This document shows positions 56,563 through 64,000 of a stretch of DNA of 64,000 nt, in pieces; position 1 is the stretch's first letter, and the number at the start of each line of letters is the position of its first letter. The stretch comes from a virus (taxonomy: Duplodnaviria; Caudoviricetes). The translations under genes and the position numbers were made by a program. The notes beneath the pieces are model-generated. The model was not told the DNA's origin and did no database searches. It saw only the letters and a list, made by a program, of their open reading frames with translations. Where the stretch lies: the IMG/VR virus record IMGVR_UViG_3300010352_001202, one strand, 5' to 3'.

Positions 56563-57618
56563 ATGACAAAACGATACAAGCGTGTCGTCCTCATCGGACG
56601 ATTTCAATGCCCACACAACGGGCACCTAGCCAACTTCCTTCAAGCACTGAATATTGCCGACAAGGTGATTATTCTCGTGGGTAGTTCCTACCAGCCCCGC
56701 ACTCCGAAAAATCCTTTCAGGTACGCCGAACGCAGTGAAATGATCACTGATGCAATTCTTGCCGTTCGTCCGGATGCTGACTTCGAGGTATATCCGTTGC
56801 GTGATTACAAGTATAGCAACAACGACTGGATTTCCGCAGTTCAGGAACGAGTAAAGCGCGACAGTCCTGATGTCGAAGATAAAGACATCGCCATCATGGG
56901 ATATGATAAGGACGATACGAGTTGGTACAACCACGCATTTCCGGAATGGGACTTTGTTCCGCTGAATGGATTTGTTGAACATGGTTCTAAACCCATCGAT
57001 GCAACAAAGGTTCGCGAACTGTACTTCGAAGGTCACCTGGACTATATTCAAAGCACAATTCCGAAAACCACATTTGAATACTTGAAAGAATTCAGGAAGA
57101 CCGAATTCTACAATGCTCTTGTGGATGAATTTGTGTTCTATAGGGATTACCACAAGAAGTGGGAACCCGCACCCTTTACGCCGACTTTCCAGACTGTGGA
57201 TGCTGTGGTTATCCAAGGCGGTCACATTCTGCTCATCCAGCGTGGCCATTCGCCTGGTAAGGGATTGTGGGCACTGCCCGGGGGCTTCCTGAACCCACGC
57301 GAAACTCTTGAAGAAGGTTGCGTCCGTGAACTAATGGAAGAAACCAAGATCAAGGTTCCGGAAATTGTTCTTCGCAAGGCAATGACTTATTCCAAGCGAT
57401 TTGATCATCCGGATCGCGATCTTCGCGGTCGTACCATCACCGAAGCATTCCTATTTGAACTTACGGGTGGCGACGGTAAGCTTCCGCGAGTTAAGGGAGC
57501 CGATGATGCAAAGGTCGCAAAATGGTTTAAGCTTGCCGAAATTGATGATATGGAAGAACTCATCTATGGAGATCATAAGCATATCATCGATACGCTGAAA
57601 GCACGAGCAAGAAAATGA
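56563..57618 (+). CDS. nadM: Bifunctional NMN adenylyltransferase / Nudix (ADP-ribose pyrophosphatase)
   Basis: IGRFQ.PH.GH, KNPF...ER, ATKVR; Nudix box GG....ETLEEG..REL.EET. Confidence 0.92.
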   Translation: MTKRYKRVVLIGRFQCPHNGHLANFLQALNIADKVIILVGSSYQPRTPKNPFRYAERSEMITDAILAVRPDADFEVYPLRDYKYSNNDWISAVQERVKRDSPDVEDKDIAIMGYDKDDTSWYNHAFPEWDFVPLNGFVEHGSKPIDATKVRELYFEGHLDYIQSTIPKTTFEYLKEFRKTEFYNALVDEFVFYRDYHKKWEPAPFTPTFQTVDAVVIQGGHILLIQRGHSPGKGLWALPGGFLNPRETLEEGCVRELMEETKIKVPEIVLRKAMTYSKRFDHPDRDLRGRTITEAFLFELTGGDGKLPRVKGADDAKVAKWFKLAEIDDMEELIYGDHKHIIDTLKARARK

Positions 57619-57848
57619 CCGTATATGTTCGATACCAGATCAACGGAAGGCTTCAAAGATACATGCTTTCCTACTGGCTAGAACAAAGCGGAATAAAGGA
57701 AGTTGATTACTTCGAAGGCGGGTGGATGGATAATCAAGTACAATCTATTCACCCACATCTGAAGTTTGAAACAGAAGAGGATGCCACTGCATTTATTTTG
57801 GTACACGGTGGCACCTGTAGTAAAGAATTACCAAAAAAAGGCGAATAA
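57615..57848 (+). CDS. Small hypothetical protein
   Basis: Ends KFETEEDATAFILVHGG... Confidence 0.6.
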   Translation: MTVYVRYQINGRLQRYMLSYWLEQSGIKEVDYFEGGWMDNQVQSIHPHLKFETEEDATAFILVHGGTCSKELPKKGE

Positions 57849-57858
57849 GGAGTTTATT

Positions 57859-58209
57859 ATGCCCTGCAGAGACTTTTATGACGATCATCCGGAAGCATAC
57901 TTTCGCGATGTTACAGAACCCGCACTTAAGAAGCAAATCAGTTTTGCCGAAAGTGCATTATGTGCGGCACTTCGCGCACTAGAACATGTCGATGGTTTAG
58001 TGCAAACTGTGACACCAAAGACAGGTGAGTTTTATGACTGGCTGAATTATAGTGAAGCCGGCATTACCAAAAAGGAACTTATTACCTGGCATAAGGCTCA
58101 CAAGGTGCTGGATAAAGCTCATCGAGAAAAAGCCAGGCAGGAAAAGGTTAAGCAAGATGCCCTTAATAAATTAAACGATGAGGAAAAGCGTGCTCTTGGC
58201 TTAAAATGA
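57859..58209 (+). CDS. Hypothetical protein
   Basis: MPCRD..., W...H...D, AL.KL..EEK.ALGL; AAGGAG SD. Confidence 0.7.
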   Translation: MPCRDFYDDHPEAYFRDVTEPALKKQISFAESALCAALRALEHVDGLVQTVTPKTGEFYDWLNYSEAGITKKELITWHKAHKVLDKAHREKARQEKVKQDALNKLNDEEKRALGLK

Positions 58210-58457
58210 TCATATTTGAATTTTCTGAGGTATTAGTGGCATCGGGAAAGGTCCCTGGAGCAATTTGCCAGGTGACCGGCCGGGTTCCAGAAGTGGGTGA
58301 ACTTAAATATTTTCAATTTGCTGAAAGAGTGTATACACTCGATGGAACAACAGCGAAGATGGCGAAGAATAGATTTACTGGACAACTCGAGGATTTCGAG
58401 TTGACAAGGGAAGATGTGGTGGCCTTGGTTTTGAAGGCTATCCCGTTGAAGTCCTAA
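58206..58457 (+). CDS. Small hypothetical protein
   Basis: ATGA-coupled ORF. Confidence 0.55.
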   Translation: MIIFEFSEVLVASGKVPGAICQVTGRVPEVGELKYFQFAERVYTLDGTTAKMAKNRFTGQLEDFELTREDVVALVLKAIPLKS

Positions 58458-58492
58458 CATGGAGTTAGGCAACAGTTGATAAGGAGTTTATC

Positions 58493-59875
58493 ATGAAATT
58501 TGCAAAAAACATTATTCTCAATAGCGATAGTTACAAGTACAGTCAATGGGTGCAATACCCTGCCGGAACGGAGTATGTTTACTCATACATCGAATCCAGA
58601 GGCGGAAAATACGACAAGCTGGTATTCCTAGGCCTGCAAGCCTTCCTGCGCGAATATCTGACCACACCGGTCACTCGCGCAATGGTTGATCAGGCTGAGG
58701 CAATCATGAAAGTTCACGGCGAGCCCTTTAACCGCGAAGGTTGGGATTACATCGTGAAAGAACATGGTGGTATACTGCCTGTTGAAATCAAGTCGGTGGA
58801 TGAAGGCTCGGTAATGTATTTAAAGAATGTGCTGGTGTCGATTGTGAATACCGACCCCAAGTGCTTCTGGCTTACAAGCTTCTTGGAAACTGCATTGCTT
58901 CGTGCAATCTGGTATCCTACTACGGTTGCCAGCAACAGCTACAAGAGTAAAGAAATCATCCTTGAATTCTTGAACCGCAATGGCGATCCTTCGCTTATTG
59001 ACTTCAAGTTGCACGACTTTGGCGCTCGTGGAGTATCGAGCCTGGAAAGTGCTGCATTGGGTGGTATGGCGCACTTGGTAAACTTCCTGGGCACAGACAC
59101 CGTGTCTGGTATCCTAGCAGCTATGGAATATTACGACGCAGAAGTTTGCGGCTTTAGTATTCCTGCCATGGAACACAGCACAGTTACAAGCTGGGGCCGT
59201 GAACATGAGGTGGATGCGTATCGCAATATGCTGAAGATTTACGGCAAACCCGGCATGCCGGTCGCGTTTGTTAGCGACAGCTACGACATCTACGAAGCCT
59301 GCAAGAAGTGGGGAACAGAGCTGAAGCAAGAAGTTATTGACAGCGGTGCGGTAGTTGTTGTCCGTCCGGACAGTGGCGATCCAGTGCAAGTTGTAAATGA
59401 CTGCTTGAAGATCCTTGACAAATATTACGGACATACCGTTAACGAGAAGGGCTTCCGAGTCCTGAACAATGTTCGCATTATCCAGGGTGATGGTATTGAT
59501 CATGTTATGATTCGTGCTATCCTGACAGTAATGGAACTAAATGGTTACAGTGCCGACAATGTTGCATTTGGACAAGGCGGTGCATTGCTCCAGCAAGTTA
59601 ACCGCGATACTCTTGAGTTTGCGATGAAGTGCTCGGCAGCAGTGATTGCTGGACAGTGGGTTGATGTATACAAGGATCCTATTACTTCTTCTGCCAAGAA
59701 GAGTAAGAAAGGTCGCTTGATGCTTGTGCGTGATGCCGATGGTAAGTTTGTTACCAAGAGGCTTGAGTACAACACAGAGGTAGACCTTCTGAAGACTCGC
59801 TGGATCAACGGTAAGTTCTGCAACCAGACTACATTCGACCAGGTTCGTGCCAGAGCTAAGGAGGGCGTTCACTAA
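58493..59875 (+). CDS. nadV: Nicotinamide phosphoribosyltransferase
   Basis: DSYKYS, YIESRGG, LHDFGARG, SIPA.EHS, VSDSYD, VRPDSGDP, IQGDG, G.GG.LLQ. Confidence 0.93.
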   Translation: MKFAKNIILNSDSYKYSQWVQYPAGTEYVYSYIESRGGKYDKLVFLGLQAFLREYLTTPVTRAMVDQAEAIMKVHGEPFNREGWDYIVKEHGGILPVEIKSVDEGSVMYLKNVLVSIVNTDPKCFWLTSFLETALLRAIWYPTTVASNSYKSKEIILEFLNRNGDPSLIDFKLHDFGARGVSSLESAALGGMAHLVNFLGTDTVSGILAAMEYYDAEVCGFSIPAMEHSTVTSWGREHEVDAYRNMLKIYGKPGMPVAFVSDSYDIYEACKKWGTELKQEVIDSGAVVVVRPDSGDPVQVVNDCLKILDKYYGHTVNEKGFRVLNNVRIIQGDGIDHVMIRAILTVMELNGYSADNVAFGQGGALLQQVNRDTLEFAMKCSAAVIAGQWVDVYKDPITSSAKKSKKGRLMLVRDADGKFVTKRLEYNTEVDLLKTRWINGKFCNQTTFDQVRARAKEGVH

Positions 59876-59901
59876 ATAAGCACATACTTAATGAGGTGAA
59901 C

Positions 59902-61008
59902 ATGACAACAAAAATCGCAGTTTTAGGTGCAGGTCAAATTGGTAGAGCAGTATACAAGATTTTAACCGATCTTAGGGAAAACGATACTAGTGGACTGTAC
60001 AGCGATAATGAAGTATTTGTTGTCGACTCTAGCGAAGAGAATATTTCAAAGTTGGTATATGGTTCACACTATGTGATGAACCTTACCGACGGAGATGTAT
60101 CAGAGTTAACCAGCTTGCTGGTGGAACAAGGGGTGACGCATGTCATAAATGCGTTGCCCTTTTTCTTGAATGAAAAGGTGGCGTCTGCAGCCGTCAAAGC
60201 AAAGTGTGCCTATATCGATTTCACTGAAGACGATGTAATGGCAGATCGTGTACAAAAATTGTATGAAGGTACAGGTTTAACCTGCGCTGTAAAGTGCGGG
60301 TTGGCACCAGGCTTCATCAACTATGTTGGTTACAACCTAGTTGGCAGAATAGATATACCTGACTCACTTTTGGTAAGTGTTGGTGCTCTGCCCCGTACAG
60401 TTTCGTATCCGTTCACTCATCCTGAACAGTCGTATAACCTAACCTGGAGTGTTGATGGGTTGGTTAACGAGTACATTCGTCCATGCCGTGTAAGAAAGGA
60501 CGGTAAGGAAATGGAGATTCAGGCGTTAGATGGATTGTCCAAGGTGGTTATTGACGGATCGGAGTATGAAGCAGCCTATACTTCTGGTGGTGTTGGAAGT
60601 CTGGTCCGTGACCTTGCATATGTTCCTAATGTTCATTATATGACATTGCGTTATCCAGGTCATTACAAATATGTCAGATCCGTTGTTCATGAAACACACG
60701 GTGACTTTGAGAAGATGAAGAAAATCTTTCTTTCTAAATTCCCTACAACAGATGACGATGTAATTGTTGTTTATTCCAATGCTCTTGGAACAAATAAAGA
60801 CGGCACACTTGTCCGTAGAAGTTATTCCGACAAATTCTACGGTGTCGATGGCTTGACCGCAATTCAATCCACGACAGCAGGTTCCGGTGTCGCTATTCTC
60901 GAACTAATGCTTGACGGAAAACTATCCGGAACAGTAAATCACACAGATGTTGACTTAAATTCTTTCACCAATACTATCGCTTTTAAGACATATTACAAGT
61001 CTAGGTAA
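59902..61008 (+). CDS. Saccharopine dehydrogenase / lysine 6-dehydrogenase-like oxidoreductase
   Basis: VLGAGQIG, INALPF, Y.DFTED, CGLAPG, VGALP, YNLTWS.DGL.NEY, TSGG, TLRYPGH. Confidence 0.85.
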   Translation: MTTKIAVLGAGQIGRAVYKILTDLRENDTSGLYSDNEVFVVDSSEENISKLVYGSHYVMNLTDGDVSELTSLLVEQGVTHVINALPFFLNEKVASAAVKAKCAYIDFTEDDVMADRVQKLYEGTGLTCAVKCGLAPGFINYVGYNLVGRIDIPDSLLVSVGALPRTVSYPFTHPEQSYNLTWSVDGLVNEYIRPCRVRKDGKEMEIQALDGLSKVVIDGSEYEAAYTSGGVGSLVRDLAYVPNVHYMTLRYPGHYKYVRSVVHETHGDFEKMKKIFLSKFPTTDDDVIVVYSNALGTNKDGTLVRRSYSDKFYGVDGLTAIQSTTAGSGVAILELMLDGKLSGTVNHTDVDLNSFTNTIAFKTYYKSR

Positions 61009-61040
61009 TAAGTATTCTAACTGTACTTTAGTCTGATATT

Positions 61041-61048
61041 GATAAATA
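61041..61048 (+). promoter_or_regulatory. Late promoter motif
   Basis: GATAAATA upstream of prkA, inside an inverted repeat. Confidence 0.6.
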
Positions 61049-61105
61049 TCCATAAGTACAGATACAGAAGACTGAAACCAACCAGAGCATAGCAGGAGAG
61101 AATTA

Positions 61106-63046
61106 ATGTCTGATCTTTTTAAAGCATTGACCGAAGAGCAAAATGCATTTCGCCAAGAAGTTTACACAGTTAAGGAATATTTAGAATTGTGTAAAACCGA
61201 TAATATGTGCTATGCTTCAGCAGCAGAGCGGATGTTAACAGCAATTGGCGAACCCGAATTAGTAAATACCCACACAGATCCGCGCCTAAGCCGGATTTTC
61301 TATAACAGAACCATCAAGCGTTATCCAGCGTTCAACGACTTCTACGGTATGGAAGAAGCAATCGAACGCATTGTTGGATACTTCAAACACTCTGCACAGG
61401 GATTGGAAGAAAAGAAACAAATCCTTTATTTGCTAGGACCAGTCGGTGGCGGTAAGAGTTCGCTTGCAGAAAGATTGAAAGAATTAATTCAAGAGTGCCC
61501 AATTTATGTGCTTGCCGATAAAGACGGGCACATGAGTCCTGTGTTCGAAACACCATTAGGTCTATTCGGTAAGAATGAGTTTGGTGCTATCCTTGAAAAA
61601 GAATACAATATTCCACGCCGCTATCTAACAGATGTAATGAGCCCGTGGGCCGTAAAGCGCCTTAAGGAATATGGCGGAGATAAGACTAAATTCATGGTTG
61701 TTAAGGTATATCCTAGCAAGCTCGAACAACTAGGTGTCATTAAAACTGAACCAGGCGATGATAACAATCAAGACATTAGTAACTTGGTTGGTAAGACAAA
61801 TATTCGCATGCTGGAACACTTTGACCAGAACGATCCAGATAGTTATTCGTTCTCCGGAGCATTGTGCCGTGGCAATCAGGGTGTTGTTGAGTTTGTTGAA
61901 ATGTTTAAGGCACCTATTAAGATGCTTCACCCGTTGCTTACAGCTACACAAGAAGGAAACTATGTAGGAACCGAAGGCATTAGTGCTATTCCGTTCAATG
62001 GTGTTGTTCTTGCTCACAGTAATGAAAGCGAATGGCAAACATTCAAGAACAATAAGACAAACGAAGCGTTTATCGACCGTGTCTATGTTGTTAAGGTTCC
62101 GTATTGCTTGCGTATCACAGACGAACAAAACATCTACTCTAAGATGTTAGAGAACTCGAGCCTGTCTAAGGCACCGTGTGCTACAGAGACATTGAATATT
62201 TTGTCCAAATTCTGTGTACTAACACGCCTTGCAGAGCATGAGAACTCAAATGCCTTCAGCAAGATGAGAGTTTACGACGGCGAAGCCATTAAGGATAGTG
62301 ATCCTAAGGCAAAGAGCTTACAAGAATATAGAGACGCAGCAGGTGTTGACGAAGGCATGAGCGGTATTAGCACTCGTTTTGCATTCAAGATTCTATCAAA
62401 GACATTCAACTTTGATCCTAACGAAATTTCTGCAGATCCGGTACATTTAATGTTTGTACTTGAAGAAGCTATTAAGCAGGAGCAATTTGGCGAAGATAAG
62501 CAAGAAAAGTACATTAACTTCATCAAAGAATTCCTAGCACCTAAGTATTCTGAGCAATTAGGTACAGAAATCCAAAAGGCATACCTCGAAAGCTACAGCG
62601 ACTATGGTCAGAACCTGTTTAATCGCTATGTTGAGTATGCAGATGCATGGATTCAGGAGATTGACTACAAAGATCCCGATACAGGCAACTTGTTTGATAG
62701 AAATATCCTAAATAAAGAGCTTGAAAAGATTGAAAAGCCTGCCGGTATTGCAAATCCTAAGGATTTCAGAAACGAAGTTGTCAACTTTGTTATTAGAGCA
62801 ACAGCTAAGAACAAGGGAAATATGGTTAAGTGGACATCTTATGAGAAATTACGCGAAGTAATTGAAAAGAAGATGTTTGCTAGCACCGAAGAACTACTTC
62901 CTATTATTAGTTTCAGTGCAAAGAGCAGCACCGACGATCAAAAGAAGCACGACGAATTTGTAAAGAGAATGATGGAGAAGGGTTATACCGAAAAACAAGT
63001 AAAGAGGCTTGTCGAATGGTATATGAGAACCCAGAAGAGCTCATAA
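61106..63046 (+). CDS. prkA: PrkA/YeaG AAA+ serine protein kinase family
   Basis: AQGLEEKKQILYLLGPVGGGKSS, TEPGD.NNQDIS, EFVEMFKAPIK.LHPLLTATQE, AHSNESEW. Confidence 0.93.
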   Translation: MSDLFKALTEEQNAFRQEVYTVKEYLELCKTDNMCYASAAERMLTAIGEPELVNTHTDPRLSRIFYNRTIKRYPAFNDFYGMEEAIERIVGYFKHSAQGLEEKKQILYLLGPVGGGKSSLAERLKELIQECPIYVLADKDGHMSPVFETPLGLFGKNEFGAILEKEYNIPRRYLTDVMSPWAVKRLKEYGGDKTKFMVVKVYPSKLEQLGVIKTEPGDDNNQDISNLVGKTNIRMLEHFDQNDPDSYSFSGALCRGNQGVVEFVEMFKAPIKMLHPLLTATQEGNYVGTEGISAIPFNGVVLAHSNESEWQTFKNNKTNEAFIDRVYVVKVPYCLRITDEQNIYSKMLENSSLSKAPCATETLNILSKFCVLTRLAEHENSNAFSKMRVYDGEAIKDSDPKAKSLQEYRDAAGVDEGMSGISTRFAFKILSKTFNFDPNEISADPVHLMFVLEEAIKQEQFGEDKQEKYINFIKEFLAPKYSEQLGTEIQKAYLESYSDYGQNLFNRYVEYADAWIQEIDYKDPDTGNLFDRNILNKELEKIEKPAGIANPKDFRNEVVNFVIRATAKNKGNMVKWTSYEKLREVIEKKMFASTEELLPIISFSAKSSTDDQKKHDEFVKRMMEKGYTEKQVKRLVEWYMRTQKSS

Positions 63047-63058
63047 GGATAACACCTA

Positions 63059-64000
63059 ATGAGCAACTATACTATCATTGATAGAAGAGTTAACCCAAAG
63101 GGTAAGAATCTTTCGAATAGACAAAGATTCTTACACCGTACTAGAGAATGGGTTAAACAAAAGGTTCGTGAAAAGAGTGTAAACCGAAACATAACATCTA
63201 CAGACGGAGAATCAATCTCCGTTTCTCAGGATGATATTGCTGAACCTGTATTTGATTATAATCGCAAGGTAGGAGACTGGGATAGGGTATTACCTGGTAA
63301 TAAGGAATACATATCGGGCGATAAAATCAAGCGCGGCGAAGGTGGCTCGGGCAGAGGTAAAAGTGCCAGCGATAGTGGTGACGGCGAAGATGATTTTACC
63401 TTTACTATTTCTAAAGAAGAGTATCTAGATATACTTTTTGAAGATTTAGAACTACCCGATCTGGTAAAACAAAGCGAAACCGCAGCAGTTACCTTCGCAA
63501 GAAAGAGAACCGGCTTCTCAACATCGGGCTCTCCTAACAATCTTGATCTAGAACGCAGTTTTAGAAATGCATTGGGTAGAAGAATTGCACTAGCTTTCCC
63601 TATTGATCGAAAAATCAAAGCAAAAGAAGAAGAATTACTTACTGCCGCCGATGCAGAGAAGTTAATTATCGAAGCAGAGCTTGCCTTACTCCGTTCTAGA
63701 CGCGCCGCGGTAACATTCATTGATCAAATGGATGTTAGATACAAGAGATTTTCTAAAACACCTGTACCTAATTGCCAGGCAGTTGTTTTTTGCCTCATGG
63801 ATGTATCGGGAAGTATGGGAGAAAAGGAAAAAGAGACAGCTAAACGCTTTTTCTTATTGCTTTATTTGTTCTTACTTAGAAAATATCAAAAAGTTGAGAT
63901 TGTTTTCGTTAGGCATACTACAGATGCATCTGAATGTACAGAGGAAGAGTTCTTCTACGGTAAAGAAACTGGCGGAACAATGGTTAGTACAGGTGTAAAG
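63059..64000 (+). CDS. yeaH: YeaH/YhbH (DUF444) vWA protein, truncated by the window end
   Basis: IIDRR.NPKGK...NRQRF, PGNKEY..GD.I.R, FEDLELP, MDVSGSM, FVRH, ETGGT.VS; missed by the ORF track because it is open-ended. Confidence 0.92.
   Translation, partial: MSNYTIIDRRVNPKGKNLSNRQRFLHRTREWVKQKVREKSVNRNITSTDGESISVSQDDIAEPVFDYNRKVGDWDRVLPGNKEYISGDKIKRGEGGSGRGKSASDSGDGEDDFTFTISKEEYLDILFEDLELPDLVKQSETAAVTFARKRTGFSTSGSPNNLDLERSFRNALGRRIALAFPIDRKIKAKEEELLTAADAEKLIIEAELALLRSRRAAVTFIDQMDVRYKRFSKTPVPNCQAVVFCLMDVSGSMGEKEKETAKRFFLLLYLFLLRKYQKVEIVFVRHTTDASECTEEEFFYGKETGGTMVSTGVK

Noticed and set aside
63720-63998. 92-aa + strand ORF in the track
   Set aside because: Out-of-frame shadow within yeaH, which is open from 63059 to the window end
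1-64000. Stop-codon reassignment, CRISPR arrays, DGR/retron elements
   Set aside because: Core genes are intact in code 11 and TAA, TGA and TAG all end genes; no spaced repeat array or reverse transcriptase was seen by eye

Overview
This 64-kb window comes from a large, T4-distantly-related myophage genome. It is densely coded, almost entirely on the + strand, in the standard genetic code. It carries rIIA/rIIB and a virion module: gp13-like neck, gp18 sheath, gp19 tube, a gp54-like protein, gp4, a putative small terminase and the gp17 large terminase. The replication/recombination module has gp32, UvsX, UvsY, UvsW, primase, a DnaB/gp41 helicase and a very small DnaE-like polymerase. A long late region encodes unknown virion proteins. 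Auxiliary genes include class II RNR, dNMP kinase, UDP-glucose dehydrogenase, NadM-Nudix plus NadV NAD salvage, a saccharopine-dehydrogenase-like enzyme, PrkA/YeaG-YeaH and a Pnkp-like phosphatase. There is one tRNA-Arg(CCT) and five free-standing homing-endonuclease-like genes. Two promoter classes are visible: sigma70-type, several apparently leaderless, and a late motif (GA)TAAATA. The most notable observations are: (1) a ~195-aa C-family polymerase that keeps all the catalytic motifs; (2) a ~190-nt pseudoknotted RNA, possibly manA-type, with a terminator/antiterminator arrangement in front of ugd; (3) late proteins with capsid-targeting-like N-termini, including a ligase-like enzyme and a GNAT, with a pol-beta nucleotidyltransferase next to the ligase; (4) an in-frame wHTH cassette bounded by a 13-nt direct repeat that encodes a likely prohead-protease site. 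All family calls come from motif recognition by eye; no searches were run.
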